DNA of 64,000 bases. It comes from an uncultured Bryobacterales bacterium. Lineage in GTDB: Bacteria > Acidobacteriota > Terriglobia > Bryobacterales > UBA6623. The DNA is taken from assembly GCA_951813605.1 (NCBI GenBank), contig OX638379.1:3730062-3794061 (forward strand), in the 5' to 3' direction. Numbering within the stretch: the first letter of the stretch is position 1; the number at the start of each line of letters is the position of its first letter. Both the position numbers and the translations under genes were made by a program. Below are positions 1-9,263 of the stretch, in pieces. The notes under the pieces were generated by a model. It did no database searches. It was given only the letters and a program-made list of their open reading frames with translations, and was not told the origin of the DNA.

Positions 1-3000
1 GACGGAGTACTCCAACAGGTTGACCACGGCCGCGGGCAGCGGGCCATAGCGATCTTTCAGATCCGCCGCTGCAGCATCGCGCTCCGCCTCGTCGCGGATC
101 GCAGCCAAGCGCTTGTACAGCTGCAGCCGCTGTGCCTCCTCCGTGACATAGTCCGTTGGGATATGGAAGTCGAGCTGCAGCTTGAGATGCGTCCGCACTG
201 ATTCTTCCACCTCCTCGCCTTGGAGCTTGCGCACGGCCTCTTCTAACAGTTGCGTGTAGGTCTCGAATCCCACAGCCGCGATCTGGCCGCTCTGCTCTCC
301 GCCCAGCAAATTCCCCGCGCCGCGCAATTCCAAGTCCATGGCGGCCATCTTGAAACCGGACCCAAGCTCGCTGAACTCTCGCAGAGCGGCCAGCCGCTTG
401 CGGGCAACCTCGGTGAGCTCCTTGTTAGGCGGCACCAGCATGTACGCGTAGGCGCGGCGGTTGGAGCGCCCGACACGGCCGCGCAGCTGGTAGAGCTCGG
501 CCAAGCCGTAGAGATCGGCCCGGTCAATGATCATCGTGTTCGCCAGAGGAATGTCGAGTCCGTTCTCGATGATCGTCGTCGCCACGAGCACGTCGAACTC
601 GTGATTGATGAAGCCCAGCATCACCTGCTCCAGCTCGCGTTCGACCATTCGCCCGTGCCCGACCCGGAAGCGGACATCCGGCAGGGCCCCCGCGAGCCGG
701 GCCGCCACGCCGTGGATCGTCTCGATTCGGTTGTGCAGGAAGTACACCTGGCCGCCGCGCGAAACTTCCCTGCGGATTGCGGTATGCGCTATGTGATCGT
801 CGTACTCGGCCACGACGGTCTGCACCGCAAGCCGGTCCTGCGGAGGCGTCTTGATGATCGAGATATCGCGCAGCCCCATCAGAGACATGTACAGCGTCCT
901 GGGAATTGGCGTCGCTGTAAGGGACAGTACGTCGACCGTCTTGCGTACTTGCTTGATCCGCTCCTTGTGGCGCACTCCGAAGCGCTGCTCCTCGTCGACG
1001 ACCAGCAAGCCGAGATCGCGGAACTGGACGTCCTTGGAGAGCAGCCTGTGAGTGCCGATCACGATGTCAACCAAGCCCTCCCGCGCGCGTTCGACGATCA
1101 CCTTTTGCTCCTTCCGCGTTCGAAATCGCGAGAGCATCTCAATCTCCACGGGAAAGGCTGCGAAGCGCTGCCGGAAGGTTTCCAAGTGCTGGAACGCCAA
1201 GACAGTGGTGGGCACCAGCACAGCGACCTGCTTGTCGTCCCCCAGTGCCTTGAAGGCGGCCCTCATGGCCACTTCGGTCTTGCCGAATCCGACATCCCCG
1301 CACACTAGGCGATCCATGATGCGCGTCGACTCCATGTCTTGCTTGATCTCGTCCGTGGCGGTCACCTGGTCCTCGGTCGGCGAATAGGCGAATGACTCCT
1401 CGAACTCGCGCTGCCAGTTGCTGTCCGGCGAGTAAGCGAAGTCACGCCCCAGCTTGCGCTGGGCATAGAGCTTGAGCAGGTCATCCGCCATGTCTAGCAA
1501 GCGCGCTCTGACCCGCTTCTTCGTCTTTTCCCAGGTCAGGCCGCCCAAGCGGTCCAGCTGGGGATTCGGCCCTCCCGCCCCGTGGAACTTATGGACGAGA
1601 TCCAGCCTTGTCAGGGGCAGGTAGAGCCTAGCGCCCTGGGCATACTCCAGCAGCATGAAGTCCCCGCTGCGCCCGCCCGTCTCGACCTGCCGCGTGCCGA
1701 GGTAAAGCCCCACGCCATGCTGTGCATGCACCACATGGTCGCCTTCGCGCAAGTCCTCCAGGTCAGACAGGAACGCAGCGGTCGCCGCCCGTCGCTTGCG
1801 GGGCTTCGGGACCAAGTCCGAGCTCGAGAAAATGTCCTCCGCCCCGTATACTGCGACACGCGACTCGGGCAGCACGAAGCCCCGCGAAATCGAAGCCCGC
1901 ACGAGCACTGCAGACGCCACGGGACCTGCCACGTAGGCCTTTTCCTGCAAGTAGCGGCTCAGTCCTCGAGGCCGCTCGCGGAGCACAAGCTGGTAAGGCA
2001 CTTCGTACTCGCGGAACAGATCGGCGAATCGTTCGAGGTCTCCCAGCGACGATGCGGCCACCAGCACCCGCAGGCCGGCGGCGATCTGCGCCTTGATCTC
2101 TTGCACACAATGGACTATGTTTCCCGCGAACCGTGCAGCGGATTGGGACGGAATGTGCCAGCGCGCGTCAGGCGTCCCGAGATGAGGCGCGTCCAGGCCC
2201 AATTCGTCGAAGGCTACCTGGGCGCGAGAGCTCGCGTCCCGCGCGAAACGGTCCAAGTCAATGTAGAACGCGTCAGCGGCTCCCCCGGCGCGTGCGGACG
2301 CTTCCTCAAGCCGCTCCCACAGGCCGGCCGCTTCCTGGTCCACCGACCGTGGCTCGAACCAAAGGATCCCGGCGTCGGGCAGCAGGTCCAGCAACGTGTT
2401 GGAGCGCCATTCCTCGCTCGGGACAGTGAACTCCCAGCCGGGGGGCAGCGCTCCCGCCCCCGACCCTCCAGCCGGGAACTCCTGCATCGGCAGGAGAGTT
2501 GCGGAGTCTAGCCGCCGGACGGACTGCTGCGTTCGGGAATCGAACTCGCGGATCGATTCGATTTGGTCGCCGAGAAACTCCAGCCGGAACGGATGGACAG
2601 CCTCGGGAACGAATACGTCGAGAATCCCCCCTCGAACCGAGAATTGCCCGACCATTTCGACCGGTTCCCGTCGGCTGTAACCGAGCTCTTCCAAGCTCTC
2701 TTCAAGGATTTCAAGAAAGATCTCGTCTCCCGCTTCGATCTGCCAAGCCAACCCCTGGTACCGTCTCGCCGGAGCGACACGCTGGAGGGCAGCGGCAATC
2801 GGAGCGACCACGACGCCGAAGTTGCCCTCCGCGAGGCGCCAAAGCGAGATGCCGCGACTCTCGGATATGTCCGGATGGGGCGAAAGCCCGTCGAAGGGCG
2901 TCACGTCCAGCGCCGGCAGCAGGCAGGGCGCCGGTCCGCCGTCGCCCTCGAACGCTAGGTCGAACCAAGCTTGCAGTGTCTCTTGGAAGGACTCGGCGGC

Positions 3001-3201
3001 GGTCTGGCTGCCGGTCAGAATCAACAGGGGACTGGCTAGCTTCCGCTGGAGCAGAAGAGCATACGCGGCGCTCGCCGCAGGCGCAAGACCCGAGAGTAGC
3101 TGCAGCGACGGTCCCCGGACGCGCAGACCCGCCAGCAGTCCCCGGAACGCCTCGTGGCGTCCCAGCTCGTCGAACCGCTCCCGCAGGCCAAGGGGTGTCA
3201 A
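1..3201 (-). CDS. mfd: transcription-repair coupling factor Mfd (C-terminal end runs off the left window edge)
   Basis: The minus-strand frame is open from position 1, so there is no stop in the window and the gene is absent from the ORF track. My translation gives [23 protein letters not shown] (Walker A), [14 protein letters not shown] (DEEQ box), the helicase C region ([15 protein letters not shown]...QLRGRVGRS) and an UvrB-like N-terminal part. The proposed TTG start at 3201 overlaps the upstream stop (TTGA); the start is less certain than the gene call. The + strand ORFs 250..1308, 1582..2511 and 2499..4139 are GC-rich shadow frames. Confidence 0.9.
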   Translation of the reverse strand, partial: MTPLGLRERFDELGRHEAFRGLLAGLRVRGPSLQLLSGLAPAASAAYALLLQRKLASPLLILTGSQTAAESFQETLQAWFDLAFEGDGGPAPCLLPALDVTPFDGLSPHPDISESRGISLWRLAEGNFGVVVAPIAAALQRVAPARRYQGLAWQIEAGDEIFLEILEESLEELGYSRREPVEMVGQFSVRGGILDVFVPEAVHPFRLEFLGDQIESIREFDSRTQQSVRRLDSATLLPMQEFPAGGSGAGALPPGWEFTVPSEEWRSNTLLDLLPDAGILWFEPRSVDQEAAGLWERLEEASARAGGAADAFYIDLDRFARDASSRAQVAFDELGLDAPHLGTPDARWHIPSQSAARFAGNIVHCVQEIKAQIAAGLRVLVAASSLGDLERFADLFREYEVPYQLVLRERPRGLSRYLQEKAYVAGPVASAVLVRASISRGFVLPESRVAVYGAEDIFSSSDLVPKPRKRRAATAAFLSDLEDLREGDHVVHAQHGVGLYLGTRQVETGGRSGDFMLLEYAQGARLYLPLTRLDLVHKFHGAGGPNPQLDRLGGLTWEKTKKRVRARLLDMADDLLKLYAQRKLGRDFAYSPDSNWQREFEESFAYSPTEDQVTATDEIKQDMESTRIMDRLVCGDVGFGKTEVAMRAAFKALGDDKQVAVLVPTTVLAFQHLETFRQRFAAFPVEIEMLSRFRTRKEQKVIVERAREGLVDIVIGTHRLLSKDVQFRDLGLLVVDEEQRFGVRHKERIKQVRKTVDVLSLTATPIPRTLYMSLMGLRDISIIKTPPQDRLAVQTVVAEYDDHIAHTAIRREVSRGGQVYFLHNRIETIHGVAARLAGALPDVRFRVGHGRMVERELEQVMLGFINHEFDVLVATTIIENGLDIPLANTMIIDRADLYGLAELYQLRGRVGRSNRRAYAYMLVPPNKELTEVARKRLAALREFSELGSGFKMAAMDLELRGAGNLLGGEQSGQIAAVGFETYTQLLEEAVRKLQGEEVEESVRTHLKLQLDFHIPTDYVTEEAQRLQLYKRLAAIRDEAERDAAAADLKDRYGPLPAAVVNLLEYSV

Positions 3202-3674
3202 TCCGCGCGCATCCGGAGAATGTTCGCGACAATGTCGGTCGTCGAATGCCCTGCCTCGAAGGGAATCGCGAACACTTCCCCCCCGGCCGCCTCGACGATC
3301 TCGCGTCCGGCGATCCAGTGCGACCAGTCAGCGCCCTTCACGAGCACGTCGGGCAGCAGGGCCGCGAGCAGGGCGTGCGGCGTCTCCTCGCCGAAGACCG
3401 TAACGGCGTCCACGGCGGCCAGCGAGGCCAGCGTGGCGGCGCGCTCGTCTTCCGGCACGATCGGTCGCGCGGGGCCCTTCAATCTGCGCACGCTTTCGTC
3501 CGAGTTGACCGCGACGATCAGCCGGCGACCGTGCTCGCGCGCCCGCTCCAGCAGGCGGACATGGCCGGGGTGCAGCAGGTCGAAGCAACCGTTCGTGAAA
3601 ACGACGCGCTCGCCACGCCTTCTCCATGCTTGCCGCAGGGCGACCGCATCCTCCCGCCGCAGAGCCGCCCCCAT
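3198..3674 (-). CDS. rfaE2: cytidylyltransferase-like protein (RfaE domain II type, D-beta-D-heptose 1-phosphate adenylyltransferase-like)
   Basis: 158 aa. [19 protein letters not shown] carries the (H/T)xGH nucleotidyltransferase motif. Size and layout match stand-alone RfaE domain II proteins. Confidence 0.75.
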   Translation of the reverse strand: MGAALRREDAVALRQAWRRRGERVVFTNGCFDLLHPGHVRLLERAREHGRRLIVAVNSDESVRRLKGPARPIVPEDERAATLASLAAVDAVTVFGEETPHALLAALLPDVLVKGADWSHWIAGREIVEAAGGEVFAIPFEAGHSTTDIVANILRMRAD

Positions 3675-3701
3675 GGTCCGGTCTCGTCGACCTGCGAAGC
3701 G

Positions 3702-4295
3702 CTACACCCGCCGCGCGAGCCGCGTCGAGTAACTCCTCGGGATCCGCATCAAGAACGGAAACTCTTCGATCTTGGTGTGAATCGGGCCGTTCGGCGTGAG
3801 CCTGCTTCCATAAAGCGTGAAGCTCTCGGGCTCGATGTACCCGAAATCGCGGCTCGGCAATTCCTCGATCGCCTCGTGCATCTCCGTCAGGTCGCATCGG
3901 GCCGGCAGTCTCCCCAGCGTCAGGTGCGGGAAGTAAGGGCGCACTTCGGGCGCGATGCCCAGCCTCGAAAGGCTTGTGTCGACGCTGCTCGCCAGCTTGC
4001 GCAGCGAGGGCGTGTTCTCGGCGATCACCCAGAACACCCGCGGGCTGCGCGCATGGGGAAAGAATCCCAAGCCAGCCAAGGACACTTTCAGCTTGCTGGT
4101 GACGCGGACCTGGCCGAGGGCATCAATCACGTCGTCTAATCGGTCCTCGTTCCATTCGCCGATGTATTTCAAGGTGACGTGCATGTTCCGCGGATGCACC
4201 CAGCGGATCGGTGCTATCGGCGCTAGGCGCCTCACCAATTCGGTGAGGTTTCCGATGACTTTCGTGTTCAAATCAAGTGCAACAAACAAACGCAT
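3702..4295 (-). CDS. thpR: RNA 2',3'-cyclic phosphodiesterase (2H phosphoesterase, LigT/ThpR)
   Basis: Two HxT motifs (NMHVTLKYIG and FPHLTLGR) at the spacing typical of 2H phosphoesterases. The start is taken at MRLFVALDL (ATG 4295); the ORF track extends to 4316. Confidence 0.85.
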   Translation of the reverse strand: MRLFVALDLNTKVIGNLTELVRRLAPIAPIRWVHPRNMHVTLKYIGEWNEDRLDDVIDALGQVRVTSKLKVSLAGLGFFPHARSPRVFWVIAENTPSLRKLASSVDTSLSRLGIAPEVRPYFPHLTLGRLPARCDLTEMHEAIEELPSRDFGYIEPESFTLYGSRLTPNGPIHTKIEEFPFLMRIPRSYSTRLARRV

Positions 4296-4332
4296 GTGTA
4301 GCTCCATCGGCCGCAATCAGGCGGCCGGGATC

Positions 4333-4746
4333 TTATTTCTTGTGGACCGAGACTTGGTTCGATGGTGGCTGGAGGACGATTGTCTCCGTTTGTTCGGGTT
4401 CGGTGAGCGCGACTTGCTCCCCATGGGTTTTGTACCCCTTGCTGATCACTTGGATCAAGACGTGGCCTCGCGGAAGCGGCGGGACCGGAGTGGATCCCTC
4501 GTTGCTCGTCTTCAGTTCCATGGCCAGGCGCTTCTTCTGCTTCAGCTTCTTGCCCTTGAGCGGGCGCACGATTACGCTCGCTCGCGGCACGGGACGTCCT
4601 TGCTGGTCCTGAACGAGGATGCGCAGCGTGGTCCATTCGCGCGCCGCCGACAGAATGCCCGCGCCCGGCAGAGTCGCGGCGAGCGCAGATAGCGCCTGCC
4701 GCCGCGTTGGGGCGACGAGTCGACAGGGAACGCGGAATCCAGTCAC
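4333..4746 (-). CDS. small exported protein with a carboxypeptidase-regulatory-like (beta-sandwich) domain, function unknown
   Basis: 137 aa. N-terminus RRQALSALAATLPGAG is signal-like. The body (LRILVQDQQGRPVPRASVIV...GYKTHGEQVALTEPE) resembles CarboxypepD_reg repeats. It lies 5 nt downstream of the barrel gene on the same strand. Confidence 0.55.
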   Translation of the reverse strand: MTGFRVPCRLVAPTRRQALSALAATLPGAGILSAAREWTTLRILVQDQQGRPVPRASVIVRPLKGKKLKQKKRLAMELKTSNEGSTPVPPLPRGHVLIQVISKGYKTHGEQVALTEPEQTETIVLQPPSNQVSVHKK

Positions 4747-4751
4747 GGTAG

Positions 4752-6545
4752 TTAGAAGATGTAGCTGAGGGCACCGGAATAGCTGCGGATCGCCTGCAGC
4801 AGGCTCAGGACTCGACCGTCCGATGCTTGCAGCGGAACGTATCCGGTCTTGAGCAGGTTCCGGAAGTCCGCGCTGGCTTCAAACCGGCCGGGCATGCTGC
4901 CGCCGATCGGCAGCGGCTGGCGCAGCACGAGGTTCAAGCCAGGCGGCGAATGAGAGGCGAAATCGTTATACGGGTCGGCGGGCAGGACCGACTGGCGGCT
5001 CGACCACTGGTAGGAGCCGGTGAGCACGGTGCCCGCCCCGGGCAATTCGGTCGAGACTGAGGCCACAAGCAAATGCGCGCCCTGCGCCTCGAGGACTGCC
5101 CTCAACTCGTCGGACAATCCCGTGCGCAATTGCTGGCGGGAAGGCGCGAGCACGCCCGCGTAGCCATAGCCAAGAGCTGCCCGCAGGCGGTCTCGGATCT
5201 TGCGAGCGTAGGAGATGCGGGCCCCCGGCGCACGGTAGTTGCCGGCATTCAGCGTGGCCGTGCTAGCGTGCAGGTCCGGCACCATGTTGCCGTTCCCGTA
5301 CATTCCGTCGGGCACAGCTGCCGCCACAGCGGCGTCACGGATCGAGTCCCTGTACACCGCAGCTTCCACGAGATTCTTGCCGAAGCGCTGGCGGTACGCC
5401 GCCTCGACATGCTCGGAACGCTGCACCGTCGGCCGCCCTTGGACCATCGCGACTCGAGGGAACATGCCGAGCTGACGCACATTGCTGCGCAACGCGGCGT
5501 CCTGCCCGGCGCGAGATGAAGAAGCAGCGGGCACGCCGGAGGCGTAGCTGAAGGCGAGTTCCCGGCCCGGCGCGAGTTCGTAGACAGCCTTGCCGTGCGG
5601 GCTGGCGAACTGCAGGCGATGCACGAACTTCACCGACTCGAACAAGATGCCGTACTCGACCCGAAGGGAATCGGTAAGTTCCACCGCGTCGCCGAACTCC
5701 AATGTCAGCGTCTCCAGGCGCGGCACCGCCTGGCTCTCGTTCTCTGGTCCGAACATGCCGCGCGCCGCTACGGTCGAGGCCTGCAGCTGGCGCACCGTCA
5801 AGGCCACCTCCGGCTTCGCGGCACCGATCTCCTTCGCATACGTGGTCCGGAAGGCAGTCGACCCACCGGCGAGGTCGAGCGCGCCGACGCCCCGGTTGCC
5901 GCTAACGGTCAGGTCGTGGTCCCCGAACAGCGAAGTCGCAACTGCGAACGCAGTTCCGAGATCCCGCTGGGAACTCAGGCCGTTCGAGCGGCTGCCCTGG
6001 CCGGCGCTGAACTCGGCGTACGCTCGGGTGTCCTCGAAGGTCCCGCCCAGCTTGCGCAGAAATTCCTCTCTCTCGTCCCGCTGGGCAGGCGCGAACCGCA
6101 GGACGTTGCGACGCGAATGCTTGGCCCGCAAGACCCACTTCCAGCGCTCCGACATGTCGCGGACCTGGCTGCCGTAGGCCAGCTGCAGGCTGGCGAACAC
6201 CCCGCGCATGCAAACGTCCAGGAACGTCCGCTCGCCTGACTCGACTACCAACTCCGTCTTCCGCGCCGGAGCGAAGTTGGCCTGCCGCACCTCAATGGCG
6301 TAGGTGCCGGGGAATAGTTCAGTGAACTGGAACCAGCCGCGGTAGTCGCTTTCGACGGTCTGCGCGACGCGGCCGTCCTTCGTGAGCAGGTCGACCGACG
6401 CGCCCATCTGGGGCGTGTCTGCCTCGTTCCGGACCAGCCCGGCCACGCTGCCGCCCACCTGGGCGGAAACAGCCGCGGCCGCGGCCAGCAGCAACAGCCC
6501 TACGTATCCGGCGCGGGCGGCAGTTGCTCGATGTGGCCGCTTCAT
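4752..6545 (-). CDS. outer-membrane beta-barrel protein with N-terminal carboxypeptidase-regulatory-like domain (no obvious plug)
   Basis: Signal peptide MKRPHRATAARAGYVGLLLLAAAAAVSAQ. CarboxypepD_reg-like segment GLVRNEADTPQMGASVDLLTKDGRV...FPGTYAIEVRQANF. Long beta-rich C-terminal part ending in ...ALSYIF (terminal aromatic residue typical of OM barrels). Start chosen at ATG 6545. Confidence 0.65.
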   Translation of the reverse strand: MKRPHRATAARAGYVGLLLLAAAAAVSAQVGGSVAGLVRNEADTPQMGASVDLLTKDGRVAQTVESDYRGWFQFTELFPGTYAIEVRQANFAPARKTELVVESGERTFLDVCMRGVFASLQLAYGSQVRDMSERWKWVLRAKHSRRNVLRFAPAQRDEREEFLRKLGGTFEDTRAYAEFSAGQGSRSNGLSSQRDLGTAFAVATSLFGDHDLTVSGNRGVGALDLAGGSTAFRTTYAKEIGAAKPEVALTVRQLQASTVAARGMFGPENESQAVPRLETLTLEFGDAVELTDSLRVEYGILFESVKFVHRLQFASPHGKAVYELAPGRELAFSYASGVPAASSSRAGQDAALRSNVRQLGMFPRVAMVQGRPTVQRSEHVEAAYRQRFGKNLVEAAVYRDSIRDAAVAAAVPDGMYGNGNMVPDLHASTATLNAGNYRAPGARISYARKIRDRLRAALGYGYAGVLAPSRQQLRTGLSDELRAVLEAQGAHLLVASVSTELPGAGTVLTGSYQWSSRQSVLPADPYNDFASHSPPGLNLVLRQPLPIGGSMPGRFEASADFRNLLKTGYVPLQASDGRVLSLLQAIRSYSGALSYIF

Positions 6546-6564
6546 AGCTGATGTATACCCGCGC

Positions 6565-8226
6565 TCAGAGCACCTTGAATGTAGCGGTCGGCAACAGGGA
6601 TTCATTCTTGACGTTGTCCTCGACCAACAGACTTAAGCGGTAGTCTCCCGGCTCCAAGCTCTGCAGCGGGAGCAGCTTCTGGATTACGACCTGCCGGGCG
6701 GAAGCGCCCCGGATCTTGCTGACGTCCTCGGTGAAATCCAGCAACAAGTCGTCCGGGTTGTCCAGCCGGGCGATCTGGTAGGTCACGTTGCCCACGGGGC
6801 GACTGGTCTCCTCGCTCTGACCGAGGTTGTAGATCTGCATGTAGATGCCCATCTTCTCGTCGCGCTTGAAGGAGTCGTCGATCCGCGGTCGGACCTTGGA
6901 ACTGCCGATAACGAACTGGCCGGTGCCGAGCGAGCGCGCCGGCACGCGCTCGATCTTGTCCGCAATGATGAGGGAGCTGGCAGCCAGAGCCTCGTCGTCG
7001 TATGCCGGGACGCGCATGGCGGTGCGGTACGTGCCCATCGTCTCGCCCACCAAGTCTTTGACGACAAGTTCCAGGCGGTACATGCCCGGCGCCAGAGGGA
7101 CGGACTTGTTGTAAATCGAAGAGCGGCCCACCTCCTGGTGGAGCCGTTCCGCCGTGGTTTGGATGCTGACCGTTTCCTCGAAGGTAGACTGCACGCGACG
7201 CGTCATCGTGGTGATGCGCCCGAAGACGTTCGCGACGGCCTTGTGCAAGCCGGCCTCTTCCTTGAACATCAGGTTCTCGTTGCGCAGCAGGACCGTGATG
7301 CCGGAAAGAACCGAGCTGTTCGTCACCCGGACATAGTGAACATCGACATCGTAGGCAAGCGTGTCGTAGTCGATCGTGGAATTCACAATCGCCTCCAGGT
7401 CCTTGAACTTGACAGCGGGCGGCTTGAAGATGTTCGCGTACAGCTGCAGCCGCTCGAACTGGTTGTAACGCATCGATTGCGCCCCGCCGATCGGCATTCC
7501 CATGCGCGTGCCGTCCGTCCGCCGGAAGCGATCTGCCTTGGTCGTCAGGCCCATCTGCTCGGACAGCGTCAGGCCGGCGCCGGGAACGTGCAGCAACGCG
7601 TCCTTCTCGGAAGGATCCATGGTGAGCCTGTATTCGCCGGTCATCGTCGGATCGACGAATTCCAGCAGGATGTCGCTGCCGATCCCTTCGATCCAGCGGT
7701 AGCGCCAGATCTCGAACGGATAGGTCGAGGTGAAGCCCCCGCCCTCTTCGTAAGGCCGCTGGTACTGCCCGCCAGAGGGATGCGACTCGATCTCGTCGGC
7801 CGGGCCGTAGGCGATGTAGATCCGGCCGCGATCCGTCCTCCAGCCGGGAATGCCGGACGCGTAGCGGTCGTTGGCGTACGCAATGCGGCGGTAATGCTCT
7901 TCCTTGTACTCGTTCTCCATCGAGTCGGGTGTCGGGTCCCGCCTCATCCAGAACGACTCGATGAAGTTTTCGCGCTCCTCGTCCGTGGCCATCTGAACGA
8001 ACGCCTTGCGCTCCTCGGGAGTGATGATATAGCGGACATCCTCGTCCAGCCAGCGCTTGAACGGCCCCTGCAGCTCCTTGCGCAGCCGCTCCAGGCGGCG
8101 CTTCTCCTGCTTGCGGGTCAGCTTGGCAGGCTCTTCGGCGTCCTGCGCGGCGAGCGGAGCTTCCAGCCCCGCCAGCATGAGTGTCGCGATTCCGTACGCG
8201 ATCAAGTATACGAGTCGGTTGTGCAT
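6565..8226 (-). CDS. GWxTD domain-containing protein (long paralog)
   Basis: 553 aa. Signal peptide MHNRLVYLIAYGIATLMLAGLEAPLAAQ. Signature GIPGWRTDRGRIYIAYGPADEIESHPSGG (GWxTD). About 330 aa C-terminal extension. Confidence 0.85.
   Translation of the reverse strand: MHNRLVYLIAYGIATLMLAGLEAPLAAQDAEEPAKLTRKQEKRRLERLRKELQGPFKRWLDEDVRYIITPEERKAFVQMATDEERENFIESFWMRRDPTPDSMENEYKEEHYRRIAYANDRYASGIPGWRTDRGRIYIAYGPADEIESHPSGGQYQRPYEEGGGFTSTYPFEIWRYRWIEGIGSDILLEFVDPTMTGEYRLTMDPSEKDALLHVPGAGLTLSEQMGLTTKADRFRRTDGTRMGMPIGGAQSMRYNQFERLQLYANIFKPPAVKFKDLEAIVNSTIDYDTLAYDVDVHYVRVTNSSVLSGITVLLRNENLMFKEEAGLHKAVANVFGRITTMTRRVQSTFEETVSIQTTAERLHQEVGRSSIYNKSVPLAPGMYRLELVVKDLVGETMGTYRTAMRVPAYDDEALAASSLIIADKIERVPARSLGTGQFVIGSSKVRPRIDDSFKRDEKMGIYMQIYNLGQSEETSRPVGNVTYQIARLDNPDDLLLDFTEDVSKIRGASARQVVIQKLLPLQSLEPGDYRLSLLVEDNVKNESLLPTATFKVL
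7771..8065. repeat. about 295-nt tract ~90% identical to 8762..9056 (inside the long GWxTD gene)
   Basis: Hand alignment at a constant offset of 991 nt shows about 30 mismatches and no indels. Similarity drops to background outside the tract. The identical out-of-frame ORF-track peptides MRTPTTATRPAFPAG... (7641..7883 and 8245..8874) reflect the same DNA identity. Confidence 0.8.
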
Positions 8227-8491
8227 AGAATCTCCTACCCGCCACTATCGCTGCGGAACGACTTGGTTCCCGCGCTCCTGCCCGGCCACGAGGCCCGCAT
8301 TGGCGACGATTGCAGTTTCGATTCTAGTGCCTGCGAAGGCCATCGTCAAGCGCTCGCGCAAAGAATTGCCGCAGTAAGGCCCGGTCGGCTCCCGAAGACG
8401 GCCCGTTCTCCTCGAATCGCGGCGTCGCGGAGCCGACGCCATGCCTGCTCCGCAAAGCTCTCCAAGGTCCCCGGGGCACCCCGGACACGAG

Positions 8492-9175
8492 TCAGGACGG
8501 CTGTCCTGGAGCGGGCGCAGCGGGGCCGCTGACGTTGGGATCGAACGGCGGCCAGACCGTTCGCCAAAGGAAAGTGTTGCGTCCCGGCGGCGCGGGGTCT
8601 CGGTCAAGATCGGTTCTAAGCTTGTACACGCCGTTTGCGTCGGCATCCACGAACACCAGCAGCATTGCGCGGCAGGCGACTGCCGACCAGCGGTAGCGCC
8701 ACACTTCAAAAGGAACGCTCGCAGTGAAACCGCCGTGCCCGCCGGGCGCGCGATACTCTCCGCCCGAGGGATGCGACTCGATCTCGTCCGGCGGGCCGTG
8801 CACGATGTAGATCCGGCCGCGATCCGTCTTCCAGCCGGGAATGCCGGACGAGTAGCGGTCGTTGGCGTACGCAATGCGCCGGTACTGCTCTTCCTTGTAC
8901 TCGTTGCTCGGTGTGCCAGGCGTCGGGTCCCGCCTCATCCAGAAAGACTCGATGAAGTTTTCGCGCTCCTCGTCCGTGGCCATCCGGACGAACGCCTCGC
9001 GCTCCTCGGGCGTGATGATGTCGCGGACATCCTCGTCCAGCCAGCCCTTGTAAGGCGCTTGCAAATGCCACGTGACTCCAGGCTCGTCGAGGGGCGAGCC
9101 AGGCTGTCCGGCAACCGGGGCAGCCAGCCCCGTCAGTGCGATGGCGACGATCCATAACTCTTGTGCGTCTGGCAT
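8492..9175 (-). CDS. GWxTD domain-containing protein (short paralog, domain only)
   Basis: Signal-like MPDAQELWIVAIALTGLAAPVAG. GIPGWKTDRGRIYIVHGPPDEIESHPSGG. It lacks the ~330 aa C-terminal region of the neighbouring paralog. Start chosen at ATG 9175. Confidence 0.8.
   Translation of the reverse strand: MPDAQELWIVAIALTGLAAPVAGQPGSPLDEPGVTWHLQAPYKGWLDEDVRDIITPEEREAFVRMATDEERENFIESFWMRRDPTPGTPSNEYKEEQYRRIAYANDRYSSGIPGWKTDRGRIYIVHGPPDEIESHPSGGEYRAPGGHGGFTASVPFEVWRYRWSAVACRAMLLVFVDADANGVYKLRTDLDRDPAPPGRNTFLWRTVWPPFDPNVSGPAAPAPGQPS
8762..9056. repeat. partner of 7771..8065 (inside the short GWxTD gene)
   Basis: See 7771..8065. Confidence 0.8.
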
Positions 9176-9263
9176 GGACAGCCTTTTCCCCCTAAGCCGC
9201 AACATTTAGCATCAGAAATCAACCGCGTCCGAATCCACTCTACTCCAGTGCCACCGTCCGCAC

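Noticed and set aside
250-4139. Long plus-strand ORFs (250..1308, 1582..2511, 2499..4139 and others) overlapping mfd, rfaE2 and thpR.
   Set aside because: Their translations are Arg/Gly/Pro/Ala-rich with no motifs. The opposite strand encodes unmistakable Mfd, cytidylyltransferase and ThpR sequences. These are typical shadow ORFs of high-GC DNA.
6602-8245. A 547-aa minus-strand ORF in an alternative frame of the GWxTD gene. Similar long alternative-frame or antisense ORFs occur at 7138..8532, 35497..36912, 37333..38298, 48922..50082 and 57762..58445.
   Set aside because: The sequences are low-complexity and Arg/Gly-rich. In every case the overlapping frame carries clear family signatures (GWxTD, TBDR, amidase, Gfo/Idh/MocA).
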